Shown here one piece after another: positions 27,729 to 36,768 of a DNA stretch of 64,000 nt. The DNA is from Oscillospiraceae bacterium (GTDB taxonomy: Bacteria; Bacillota; Clostridia; Oscillospirales; Ruminococcaceae). The notes beneath the pieces are model-generated. The model was not told the origin of the DNA, ran no database searches, and saw only the letters and a list, made by a program, of their open reading frames with translations. Positions within the stretch are counted from its first letter, which is position 1, and every line of letters starts with the position of its first letter. Made by a program: the position numbers and the translations under genes. Where the stretch lies: the NCBI GenBank assembly GCA_029006135.1, contig JAQXGE010000082.1, forward strand, positions 4,333 through 68,332, in the 5' to 3' direction.

Positions 27729-29222
27729 ATGCGAGCAAGCGGTGTATTGATGCACCTGTCAAGTCTTGCGTCCCCCCATGGCATCGGGACCATGGGTCAG
27801 GCGGCCTATGACTTTGTGGATTTCCTTGTGCGGGCCGGGCAGCGGTACTGGCAGATTCTGCCGATCTGCCCCACCAGCTACGGGGACAGTCCCTATCAGT
27901 CTTTTTCAACCTTTGCAGGCAACCCCTATTTTGTGGACCTCGACCTTCTGGCCGGGGAGGGGCTGCTGCTTCCCGAAGAATACGAGAACATTGACTGGGA
28001 GAGTACGCCCGACCGTGTCAACTACGGGGCACTCTATCAAAAGCGCCTGCCGGTGCTGCGCCTTGCGGCCCGGCGCCTGCTGGCGGCCCCGCCCGATGAC
28101 TACGCTGCGTTCTGCGCGGACAATGCGTTCTGGCTGCCAGATTACGCGCTGTTTATGGCCCTCAAGGATGCCCACGGCGGACGCGCCTGGACGGAGTGGG
28201 AAGCCCCGCTGCGCCGCCGCGACCCTGCGGCACTCGAGCAGGCCCGCCAAACCTACGCGGAAGATGTTGACTTCTGGCAGGCGGTGCAGTACCTGTTCTT
28301 CCGCCAGTGGAATGCGCTCAAGCGCTACGCCAACGAGCACGGCATCCGCATCATCGGGGATATGCCCATCTATGTCGCGCTGGACAGCGTGGACGTCTGG
28401 AATTCCCCGGAATCCTTCCAGCTGGACGAGAACCTCTGCCCCATTGAGGTGGCAGGCTGCCCGCCGGACGGATTTTCCGCCACCGGTCAGCTCTGGGGCA
28501 ACCCGCTGTATGACTGGGACGCCATGGCAAAGGACGGCTACCGCTGGTGGGTGCGCCGGATTCAGGTGCTCAGCGGCATTTATGACGTGCTGCGCATCGA
28601 CCATTTCCGCGGCTTTGCGGGCTACTATGCGATTCCCGCCGGCAACACCTCCGCTGCGGGCGGGCGCTGGCGCAAAGGCCCCGGCATGGATTTGTTCCGT
28701 GCCGTCAATGCGGCGCTCGGTGAGCGGGAAATCATCGCGGAGGACCTTGGCTTCCTCACCGATGACGTGCGGGAGCTTCTGGCCGAAAGCGGCTACCCCG
28801 GCATGAAGGTGCTGGAGTTTGCCTTTGACAGCCGGGAGAGCGGCAACTATCTGCCCCACACCTACCCCAAAAACTGCGTGGTCTACACCGGCACCCATGA
28901 CAACGAACCGCTCAGCGGCTGGTTTGAGACGGCATTCCCCGAGGATGTTCAGTATGCGGTGGATTATCTCCGCCTGAGCCGCGAGGAAGGCTATCACTGG
29001 GGCATGATGCGCGGTGCGTGGTCAAGCGTGGCGGATTTGGCGCTGGTTCAGGCGCAGGATCTGCTCGGCCTTGGGCACGAATCCCGTATGAACGCCCCCT
29101 CCACGCTCGGCGGAAACTGGTGCTGGCGCGCACTGCCCGGCAGCTTTACCCCTGAATTGGCTGACCGGATTCACCGTCAGATGGAGCTTTACGGCCGTCT
29201 GCCGGAGTCCGAGCAGAAATAA
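27729..29222 (+). CDS. malQ: 4-alpha-glucanotransferase (amylomaltase, GH77)
   Basis: DSPYQS, IGDMPIYV, GQLWGNP, RIDHFRGF, IAEDLG, TGTHDN. Confidence 0.95.
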   Translation: MRASGVLMHLSSLASPHGIGTMGQAAYDFVDFLVRAGQRYWQILPICPTSYGDSPYQSFSTFAGNPYFVDLDLLAGEGLLLPEEYENIDWESTPDRVNYGALYQKRLPVLRLAARRLLAAPPDDYAAFCADNAFWLPDYALFMALKDAHGGRAWTEWEAPLRRRDPAALEQARQTYAEDVDFWQAVQYLFFRQWNALKRYANEHGIRIIGDMPIYVALDSVDVWNSPESFQLDENLCPIEVAGCPPDGFSATGQLWGNPLYDWDAMAKDGYRWWVRRIQVLSGIYDVLRIDHFRGFAGYYAIPAGNTSAAGGRWRKGPGMDLFRAVNAALGEREIIAEDLGFLTDDVRELLAESGYPGMKVLEFAFDSRESGNYLPHTYPKNCVVYTGTHDNEPLSGWFETAFPEDVQYAVDYLRLSREEGYHWGMMRGAWSSVADLALVQAQDLLGLGHESRMNAPSTLGGNWCWRALPGSFTPELADRIHRQMELYGRLPESEQK

Positions 29223-29231
29223 TTGGCTTTC

Positions 29232-29268
29232 ATCCCCGCTTTGCCGGTTCCCGGCGGCGGGGATTTTT
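29232..29268 (+). terminator. Intrinsic terminator after malQ
   Basis: ATCCCCGC..GCCGG-TTC-CCGGC..GCGGGGAT followed by TTTT. Confidence 0.6.
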
Positions 29269-29366
29269 GTATCTTTATAAAACGGTGACAACATCACGGA
29301 ATCCCCGCGCCTCTTTGGGTATGATAAAGCCAAAGAAAACGAAAACCCGAAGAAAGGGGACCCCGT

Positions 29367-30311
29367 ATGGAACGGATTTACGATATGATTGTTGTGGGCG
29401 CCGGCCCGGCCGGATGCACGGCGGCGCTCTATGCGGCCCGCGGCGGGCTGACAGTGCTGATGCTGGAAAAGCTCAGCGCCGGGGGCCAGATGACCCAGAC
29501 CCACCTGATTGAGAACTATCCCGGCTTTGCGGACGGCGTGGACGGGTTTGCGCTGGCAGAAAATATGGAGCGGCAGGCAAAACGCTTTGGCGCCGAGGTG
29601 CGTTCAGCACAGGTGCACGCGCTGCACCTGCATCAAAACCCAAAGGCTGTTGAGACGGACGGCGGGATTTTTTACGCCAAAACGATTGTTTACGCGGCGG
29701 GTGCCGTGCCGAAATCCCTGGGTCTGCCCGGGGAGCAGGCGCTTGTGGGACGGGGCCTAAGCTACTGTGCGGCCTGTGATGGAATGTTCTACCGCGGAAA
29801 AACTGTTGTCGTTGTGGGCGGCGGCAACACGGCGGCGGCCGATGCGCTGCTGCTGAGCCGGGTGGCGGCGAAGGTAATCCTCGTGCACCGCCGTGACCGT
29901 CTGCGGGCGGATCGGCTGGAGTTTGACCGGCTGCGTCAGGCCGCCAACGTGGAACTGCGGCTCAACAGCGAAGTGACGGAGTTCTTGGCCGAGCAGACGG
30001 TCACCGGGGTTCGGGTGCGCAATAATGTGACCGGCGCGGAGGAAATCGTGGCCTGTGACGGGGTCTTTCTCTGCGTAGGGCGCAGCCCTGAGACAACGCC
30101 GCTGAACGGCCAGCTGAAACTGGACGCAGGCGGGTATATTGCGGCCGGGGAGGACACCCGGACGAGTATTCCCGGCGTTTACGCGGCGGGCGACTGCCGC
30201 GCCAAGGCGCTGCGCCAAATCATCACCGCCGCCGCAGACGGCGCCGCTGCCGTCCACAGCGCGATGGAGGACATCCCACGGCTTGGCGGGGAAATGGCGC
30301 GCCAATATTGA
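29367..30311 (+). CDS. trxB: Thioredoxin-disulfide reductase
   Basis: GAGPAG FAD motif, SYCAACDG redox centre, VVGGGNTA, TSIPGVYAAGD. Confidence 0.88.
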   Translation: MERIYDMIVVGAGPAGCTAALYAARGGLTVLMLEKLSAGGQMTQTHLIENYPGFADGVDGFALAENMERQAKRFGAEVRSAQVHALHLHQNPKAVETDGGIFYAKTIVYAAGAVPKSLGLPGEQALVGRGLSYCAACDGMFYRGKTVVVVGGGNTAAADALLLSRVAAKVILVHRRDRLRADRLEFDRLRQAANVELRLNSEVTEFLAEQTVTGVRVRNNVTGAEEIVACDGVFLCVGRSPETTPLNGQLKLDAGGYIAAGEDTRTSIPGVYAAGDCRAKALRQIITAAADGAAAVHSAMEDIPRLGGEMARQY

Positions 30312-30315
30312 AACG

Positions 30316-30748
30316 TTCATGGGAGCAGAGACAAGGCTCCCCTTGAAGCAAGGGGAACTGGACTGACGATAGTCAGGACTGAAGGGATTTAAGCCTTGCC
30401 GCTAACTGCCGTTTATCTTTTACAGCATCCGCTGCCGCGGGCGGTACTCTTTTGTGACCAAAAGAGTACCCAGAAAAGTCTCGCTGTTCCGACGCAGCGA
30501 TCCCCGGCCAGGGGGGCCAGCCCCCCTGGACCCCCAAAGAGGAATGAAAATAATGAAATCCACCCCAAAGCCTACGACCGGACAGGCTTTGGGACGGATT
30601 TAATCATTTTCGATTGAAAAACCGCCCCGCTTTGGCGGGACGGTTCCTGACCTGAGATAAACGTACTCCCGTCAAATTTATGTTAGTTTGTGGAATTAGA
30701 GATAAGCCTCCCCTTACACAGGGGAGGCTTATCTCCATTTCCCATGAA
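30316..30748 (+). repeat. Structured intergenic repeat family, locus 5 (minimal ~370-bp unit plus terminal palindrome)
   Basis: Complete P1-P7 series without inserts; ends TTCATGGGA / TCCCATGAA. Confidence 0.92.
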
Positions 30749-30756
30749 AATTCTTT

Positions 30757-31905
30757 TCACCCGCACTCCGCTTCAAGGGCTTCGAGGGCGCGGGAGACGT
30801 CGGCAGGGGTGTTGTACCAGCCGAAGCTGAACCGGATACTGCCGTGGGGGAAGCTGCCGAGGGTCTTGTGGGCGTTTGGGGCGCAGTGCAGCCCGACCCG
30901 GGTCAGGATACCGTGGCGCTCCTCGAGCGCGGCGGCTGTCTCGGCTTCATCGCGGCGCGGGGTCTGGATGCTCACAACGCCGGTGCGGTTCACGGTGTCC
31001 CGCCGCCCGAGAATCCGCACAAGGCCGCGGCGTTCCAGTTCCGTCAGTCCATCCAAAAACTGCGCGGTCAGCGTCAGTTCGTGCGCCAAAACGGCGGCAG
31101 GCGTGACGCTGCGCACAAAGTCCACCCCTGCGCCGAGGCCCATCAGCCCCGGCAGATTGGGGGTGCCGGGCTCGAATTTGTCCGGCAAAAACGCGGGCAT
31201 TCGCTCGGAATCGCTGGCGCTTCCGGTGCCGCCTGCAAGAAACGGCGGCAATTCGTCCGCTAACTCGCGGGTCATCACAAGCCCGCCGGTGCCCTGCGGC
31301 CCCATCAGCCCTTTGTGCCCGGTGAAGGCCACGGCGTCAAGGTGCATGGCCCTCATATCAATGTCCAGTACGCCGGCGCTCTGGGCGCAGTCCGCAAAGA
31401 ATTTGAGCTTATGCGCTTTGCAGAACGCGCCCACCTCAGCAAGCGGCATCACCGTGCCGCAGACGTTGCTTGCGTGGGTCATGATGACCGCGCGGGTGTT
31501 CGGGCGCAGACATTCCTCCATCCGCTCGGTGCAGAGTTCCCCCTGCGCATTGCAGGGGATGCGGGTGAACTCTGCACCCATCTCAACAAGCGGGCGCATG
31601 ACGGCGTTGTGCTCCATGGAGGAGACAAGAATATGGTCCCCCGGGTGCACAAACCCGCGCAGCAGCAGGTTCAGGCTCTCGGTCACATTTTTTGTAAAAA
31701 TTACGTTGCGGCAGTCCGGACCGTTAAACAGCTCACAGAGATTTTGACGCACCTCGAGCAGACGCTCCTGCGCCGCATAGGCCGCCGCGTAGCTGCCCCG
31801 GCTGACGTTGACGCCGCTGTTCGTCATGTAATCCACGACAGCCGCCGGCACGGCGGGCGGTTTGGGGAAGGTGGTGCTGGCATTATCAAGATAAATACTG
31901 TCCAT
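30757..31905 (-). CDS. Cysteine desulfurase/selenocysteine lyase family (class V aminotransferase)
   Basis: IYLDNASTT, FTGHKGLMGPQG (PLP Lys), RVGLHCAP; AAGGAGG RBS. Confidence 0.9.
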   Translation of the reverse strand: MDSIYLDNASTTFPKPPAVPAAVVDYMTNSGVNVSRGSYAAAYAAQERLLEVRQNLCELFNGPDCRNVIFTKNVTESLNLLLRGFVHPGDHILVSSMEHNAVMRPLVEMGAEFTRIPCNAQGELCTERMEECLRPNTRAVIMTHASNVCGTVMPLAEVGAFCKAHKLKFFADCAQSAGVLDIDMRAMHLDAVAFTGHKGLMGPQGTGGLVMTRELADELPPFLAGGTGSASDSERMPAFLPDKFEPGTPNLPGLMGLGAGVDFVRSVTPAAVLAHELTLTAQFLDGLTELERRGLVRILGRRDTVNRTGVVSIQTPRRDEAETAAALEERHGILTRVGLHCAPNAHKTLGSFPHGSIRFSFGWYNTPADVSRALEALEAECG

Positions 31906-31942
31906 GAGGCGGACCTCCTTTCCTCCATGATACCACGCCCCT

Positions 31943-31991
31943 CCCGACAAATCCACTGCCCGCCCGACAAATCCACTGCCCGCCCGGCAAA
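31943..31991. repeat. 20-bp tandem duplication in a divergent promoter region
   Basis: CCCGACAAATCCACTGCCCG x2 plus a partial third copy. Confidence 0.85.
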
Positions 31992-32004
31992 AAAGCGCCA
32001 TGCC

Positions 32005-32034
32005 TTGCACAGCGGCGGGCAAAAGGTCTATAAT
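32005..32034 (+). promoter_or_regulatory. Putative sigma-A promoter of the moeA-like operon
   Basis: TTGCAC-N18-TATAAT. Confidence 0.6.
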
Positions 32035-32066
32035 GAAAAAAAACGCGACCCCGAGGAGGACAAACC

Positions 32067-33092
32067 ATGAAACTTATCCGCACGCAGGATGCTGTGGGTC
32101 AGGTGCTCTGCCACGACATCACCCAGATTATCCCCGGCCAGTTCAAAGGCCCGGTGTTCCGCAAAGGACATATCATTCAGCCAGAAGATATCCCGGTGCT
32201 GCTCTCCGTCGGCAAGGAACATCTGTATGTCTGGGAAAATGACGAGACAAAACTCCATGAAAACGAGGCGGCGCAGATTCTGTGCGAACTCTGCCAGAAC
32301 GCCCATATGACCGCCAGCGAGCCGAAAGAGGGCAAGATTGAACTAACCGCCGACTGTGACGGGCTGTTCCTTGTGGATAGTGAACGTCTGCGGGCCGTCA
32401 ACGCACTGGGGGATATGATGATTGCTACCCGCCCCGGCGGTTTTGTTGTGCATAAGGGGGATAAACTCTGCGGGACGCGGATTATCCCGCTTGTCATCGC
32501 CAAAGAGCGGATGGAACAGGCGCGCCGCGCGGCCGGGGACACCCCGCTGCTGCGTCTGCTCCCGCTTGAAAAGAAGAGCTATGGCATTGTCGCGACCGGC
32601 AGCGAGGTCAAAAACGGCATGATTGAGGACAGCTTTACCCCGATTTTGCAGAAAAAACTCGGCGAGTACGGCTGCACGATGCTGCGCTGCGCGCATCCCG
32701 GCGATGACCCGGCGGCCATCACCGCTGAGGTGCTTGCCATGCTGGACGAGGGCGCACAGATGGTATTCTGCACCGGCGGCATGAGCGTGGACCCTGATGA
32801 CCGCACGCCGCTGGCCATCAAAAATACCGGCGCGGATATTGTGGGCTACGGCGCGCCGGTGCTGCCCGGCGCAATGTTTTTGGCTGCCTATATGCCGGAC
32901 GGTCGCCCGGTCTGCGGACTGCCGGGCTGCGTGATGTACGCCAAGCGCACCATCTTTGATTTGGTTCTGCCGCGCCTTTTGGCGGATGAACCGGTGACCG
33001 CGCAGTGGCTGCACGGCCTTGGCAATGGCGGGCTGTGCCTGAACTGTGAGGAATGTCACTTCCCGAACTGCGGGTTCGGCAAGGGGGTATAA
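32067..33092 (+). CDS. Molybdopterin-binding protein (MoeA-like) with Cys-rich C-terminus
   Basis: AVGQVLCHDIT, TGSEV, TGGMSVDPDDRTP, PVLPG, CLNCEECHFPNC. Confidence 0.82.
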   Translation: MKLIRTQDAVGQVLCHDITQIIPGQFKGPVFRKGHIIQPEDIPVLLSVGKEHLYVWENDETKLHENEAAQILCELCQNAHMTASEPKEGKIELTADCDGLFLVDSERLRAVNALGDMMIATRPGGFVVHKGDKLCGTRIIPLVIAKERMEQARRAAGDTPLLRLLPLEKKSYGIVATGSEVKNGMIEDSFTPILQKKLGEYGCTMLRCAHPGDDPAAITAEVLAMLDEGAQMVFCTGGMSVDPDDRTPLAIKNTGADIVGYGAPVLPGAMFLAAYMPDGRPVCGLPGCVMYAKRTIFDLVLPRLLADEPVTAQWLHGLGNGGLCLNCEECHFPNCGFGKGV

Positions 33093-33095
33093 CGG

Positions 33096-33587
33096 ATGGC
33101 GGAACTGACCCATATTGACGAAAACGGCAACGCCCGCATGGTGGACGTGGGGGAGAAGCCCATCACCCGCCGCGAAGCCACGGCCGTGGGGCGCATCACG
33201 ATGAGCGCGGACTGTTTTGCCATGGTCGCGCAGGGGCGCGCCAAAAAGGGTGATGTCTTAGGCGTGGCGCAGGTCGCGGGCATTATGGCCGCCAAGCGCA
33301 CCTTTGAGACGATCCCTCTGTGCCATCCGCTGGCGCTGACCAAATGCACGGTGAATTTTGCACTTATCAGCGAGGAAAATTCCATTGAGGCAAGCTGCAC
33401 AACCTGCTGTGACGGCAAGACCGGCGTTGAGATGGAGGCGCTGAACGGCGTGAGCGCCGCTTTGCTCACAATCTATGATATGTGCAAGGCCGCCGACCGG
33501 GGAATGGTCATCTCGGACATTCACCTTGCCGAAAAATCCGGCGGCAAGAGCGGGCATTTCGTCTTTGGCGGGGAGGAAACGGTATGA
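33096..33587 (+). CDS. moaC: Cyclic pyranopterin monophosphate synthase
   Basis: ARMVDVGEK, IPLCHP, TGVEMEAL, IYDMCKA, KSGGKSG. Confidence 0.95.
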   Translation: MAELTHIDENGNARMVDVGEKPITRREATAVGRITMSADCFAMVAQGRAKKGDVLGVAQVAGIMAAKRTFETIPLCHPLALTKCTVNFALISEENSIEASCTTCCDGKTGVEMEALNGVSAALLTIYDMCKAADRGMVISDIHLAEKSGGKSGHFVFGGEETV

Positions 33588-34495
33588 GGGAACTGCTGCA
33601 AACGCTTTTGGACCACCTGCCCGCCGTGCTGGTCACTGTGACGGCGGCGCACGGCTCGGTTCCGCGCGGCCCGGGCGCCCACATGGCGGTGAACGCGGGC
33701 GGACGAATCTTCGGCACCGTGGGCGGCGGCGCGCTTGAGGCCAAAGCCATCCGCACCGCACAGGCGGTGCAGCAAAGCGGCGAGCCTTTGTGCCGGCTTG
33801 AAACACTCACCCCCGAGGGTGAGGTCGGGATGGTCTGCGGCGGGGATGCCGAACTGCTCTACCAGCCGCTGACCGAGCGCGACCGCCCCACTCTCGCCGC
33901 CGCGCTGGCGGCCTGCGAGGCCGGAACGCCGATGTGGCTCGGCTTTGACCGGGTTTCCGGCGCGCTCACCCTGCTTGATTCCCCCGCCTGCCCGAGCGCG
34001 GAAACCGTCTACTCCGAGCCGCTTTTCCCGGCGGGAATTGTCTATATCTTCGGCGGCGGCCATGTCGCACAGGCGCTGGTGCCGGTGCTGGCCGCGGCAG
34101 ATTTCCGCTGCGTGGTGCTGGACGACCGGCCGGAATTCTGCGAGCCTGCACGTTTCCCCGGCGCATGGAAGGTGCGGCAGGTGGATTTTGATGCGCTTGA
34201 TTTGGACGTTCATGCGGAAGATTTTCTCTGCATCATGACAAGGGGGCACGGCGCTGACCTTGCGTGTGAGGATTTTGCACTGCGCACGAGGGCAAAATAC
34301 ATCGGCGTCATGGGCAGCCGCCGCAAAACCGAAACCCTCAACGCTCGCCTGCGTGAGCGCGGATTTGATGAGCGGGATTTGGCCCGGGTCAGCACCCCCA
34401 TCGGGCTGGATATCGGCGCGCAGACACCGGCCGAGATTGCGGTCTCCATTGCGGCACAGCTGATTGCGGTGCGCGCGGGGAGGATATGGCAGTGA
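33584..34495 (+). CDS. xdhC: XdhC/CoxI-family Moco chaperone
   Basis: GSVPRGPGA, GTVGGG, GMVCGG, FGGGHVA, MTRGH, PIGLDIGAQTPAEIAVSI. Confidence 0.88.
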   Translation: MRELLQTLLDHLPAVLVTVTAAHGSVPRGPGAHMAVNAGGRIFGTVGGGALEAKAIRTAQAVQQSGEPLCRLETLTPEGEVGMVCGGDAELLYQPLTERDRPTLAAALAACEAGTPMWLGFDRVSGALTLLDSPACPSAETVYSEPLFPAGIVYIFGGGHVAQALVPVLAAADFRCVVLDDRPEFCEPARFPGAWKVRQVDFDALDLDVHAEDFLCIMTRGHGADLACEDFALRTRAKYIGVMGSRRKTETLNARLRERGFDERDLARVSTPIGLDIGAQTPAEIAVSIAAQLIAVRAGRIWQ

Positions 34496-35067
34496 AAACG
34501 GCCTGTATTCTGATGGCAAGCGGGCTGAGCCGCCGGTTCGGCGCTGACAAGCTGATGGCGGATTTTGGCGGCGAACCGCTCATTGCGCGCGCGGTGAAAG
34601 CGACCGATGGCCTGTTTGATGTCCGCATCGTCATAACGCGCAGCGCCGCCGCGGCCAGCTGGGCCAAAGCACGCGGCCTTGCCGTGCTGTTCCATGCGGA
34701 ACCGGACCGCGCCGATGCCATCCGTCTGGGCCTGGCCCTCACCGACACGGCGGACGGCGTGCTGTTCTGCCCCTGCGACCAGCCGCTTCTGCGCAAAGAA
34801 ACCGTGGCGGCATTGCGGGATGGGTTTGCCGCCGCGCCGCAGTGCATCTGGCGCCCGGTTTTTGACGGCGTACCCGGCGCGCCGGTGCTGTTCCCGCGCT
34901 GGACTTACCCGGAACTGGCGGCGCTCCAAAAAGGCGGCGGGCGCGCGGTGATTGAGCGGCATCCCGGTTCGGTGCGCACAGTCTTGGCGAAAAGCGCCGC
35001 TGAACTTGCCGATGCCGACACCCCCGAAGCCCTTGCGGCGCTGGCGCAGATGCTGAAAACCCGATAA
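34486..35067 (+). CDS. mocA: Molybdenum cofactor cytidylyltransferase-like nucleotidyltransferase
   Basis: MASGLSRRFGADKL, CDQP, GAPVLF, DADTPE. Confidence 0.75.
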   Translation: MAVKTACILMASGLSRRFGADKLMADFGGEPLIARAVKATDGLFDVRIVITRSAAAASWAKARGLAVLFHAEPDRADAIRLGLALTDTADGVLFCPCDQPLLRKETVAALRDGFAAAPQCIWRPVFDGVPGAPVLFPRWTYPELAALQKGGGRAVIERHPGSVRTVLAKSAAELADADTPEALAALAQMLKTR

Positions 35068-35094
35068 TTTTTCTGTGTCCTTCCGTGCCTCGGC

Positions 35095-35123
35095 TTGGAC
35101 ATGACCCGCACCTGTGGTATAAT
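35095..35123 (+). promoter_or_regulatory. Putative promoter of the yedE-yedF-selD-yqeBC unit
   Basis: TTGGAC-N17-TATAAT with TG extension. Confidence 0.6.
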
Positions 35124-35156
35124 CAAAAGGAAATCGTTTCGCACAGGAGGAAGTTT

Positions 35157-36224
35157 ATGAACGAAAAAAAAGAAATGCGGCTCACCGTTGCGGCGGGCCT
35201 GCTCATCGGCGCGGCCGCGGTCGCGCTGGTGCTGTTTGGCAACCCGGCCAACATGGGATTCTGTATTGCGTGTTTTTTGCGTGATATGGCGGGTTCGCTC
35301 GGTCTGCACAGTGCGGCGGCAGTGCAGTATATGCGGCCTGAAATTATCGGCCTTGTTCTGGGCAGCATGATTCTTGCCCTTGTCCGCCATGAGTGGGCGC
35401 CCAAGGGCGGCAGTGCGCCGATGACCCGCTTTGTGCTGGGCTTCTTTGTGATGATCGGCTGCCTGATGTTCCTTGGCTGCCCGTTCCGCATGATCCTGCG
35501 TCTGGCGGGCGGTGACGGCAACGCGCTGTTCGGCTTAGCCGGCTTTGTTGCGGGCATTCTCTGCGGCGTGTTCTTCCTCAACCGCGGCTACACGCTGCGC
35601 CGTACTTACCGCCTGCCCACCACCGAGGGCGCGGCGCTCCCCACCATCCTGATTGCGTTCCTCGTCATTCTGGCCGCGGTGCCCTCGCTGCTCCGATTCT
35701 CCACGGAAGGCCCCGGCTCCAAGCACGCGCCGCTGCTCATCAGCCTGGCCGCCGGCCTTCTGGTTGGCGCGCTGGCGCAGCGCACCCGCCTTTGCATGGT
35801 GGGCGGCATCCGTGACTTTGTTCTGTTCCGTGAAAAGCGCCTGCTCATCGCCTTTGTTGCCATCTTTGCGGCGGCCTTTGTCGGCAACCTCATCACCGGC
35901 AATTTCAACCCCGGTTTTGCCGGTCAGCCCATCGCCCACACGGACGGGCTGTGGAACGCGCTGGGCATGATGCTCGCGGGCTTTGGATGCGTGCTTTTGG
36001 GCGGCTGCCCGCTGCGTCAGCTGGTTCTGGCCGGTGAAGGCAGTGCCGACAGCGCCGTGACGGTGCTGGGCCTGATGGCCGGTGCTGCCTGTGCTCACAA
36101 CTTCGGCCTTGCCTCGAGCGGCGAAGGCCCCACGGCGGCCGGCCGCGTGGCTGTGGTCATCGGCCTTGTTGCCGTGACCCTCATTGCCTGCTTCAACACC
36201 TTCAGAAAGGACAATGCCAAATGA
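35157..36224 (+). CDS. yedE: YedE-family selenium/sulfur transport membrane protein
   Basis: GNPANMGFCIACFLRD, FLGCPFR, LLGGCPLRQ; adjacent to tusA-like gene and selD. Confidence 0.88.
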   Translation: MNEKKEMRLTVAAGLLIGAAAVALVLFGNPANMGFCIACFLRDMAGSLGLHSAAAVQYMRPEIIGLVLGSMILALVRHEWAPKGGSAPMTRFVLGFFVMIGCLMFLGCPFRMILRLAGGDGNALFGLAGFVAGILCGVFFLNRGYTLRRTYRLPTTEGAALPTILIAFLVILAAVPSLLRFSTEGPGSKHAPLLISLAAGLLVGALAQRTRLCMVGGIRDFVLFREKRLLIAFVAIFAAAFVGNLITGNFNPGFAGQPIAHTDGLWNALGMMLAGFGCVLLGGCPLRQLVLAGEGSADSAVTVLGLMAGAACAHNFGLASSGEGPTAAGRVAVVIGLVAVTLIACFNTFRKDNAK

Positions 36225-36427
36225 AAAAGCTCGATGCACGGGGACTTTCCTGCCCCGAACCCGTTGTGATGATCCGCAAGGCCATGCAGAGCGGTGAGGA
36301 TGCCTATGAGATGGTCGTGGACAACCACGCCGCCAAGGAGAATGTCACCCGCTATGCCGAACATCAGGGCTACACCGTGACGGTGAGCGAGGAGGGCAGC
36401 GACGTGACGCTGACCATGCGCAAATGA
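36221..36427 (+). CDS. TusA/SirA-family (YedF-like) sulfur/selenium carrier
   Basis: LDARGLSCPEPV motif. Confidence 0.9.
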   Translation: MKKLDARGLSCPEPVVMIRKAMQSGEDAYEMVVDNHAAKENVTRYAEHQGYTVTVSEEGSDVTLTMRK

Positions 36428-36654
36428 CCTGCATCGCAACTTTTTACTCGCATTTCGGCGCCATCCGGTTCCGCAAACAGTGTGAGGAGCAGGGCCTTGC
36501 CGCCCGTGCCATGCCGGTCCCGCGGGATTTGAGCAGCAGCTGCGGCACCTGCGTCCGGTTTGAAGGAACCTGCCCCGACCCGGTGCCCGAGGAAGTGGAG
36601 CAGGTCGTTGAGGTGATCCCCGAGGGCTACCGCACGCTCTGGCACGCCGAATAA
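36424..36654 (+). CDS. DUF3343-family putative Se/S carrier
   Basis: TFYSH..A and PVPRDLSSSCG motifs. Confidence 0.82.
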   Translation: MTCIATFYSHFGAIRFRKQCEEQGLAARAMPVPRDLSSSCGTCVRFEGTCPDPVPEEVEQVVEVIPEGYRTLWHAE

Positions 36655-36768
36655 GGGCAGGATTCGATAGAACTTGCGGTGCCGTGAGCGCCTGCCGCCG
36701 TGCAGGGATGCTCGCGGCACTTTGAATTTGTGCGCAAAGGCGCCAATACCCCCAACGGAGGAAACACT

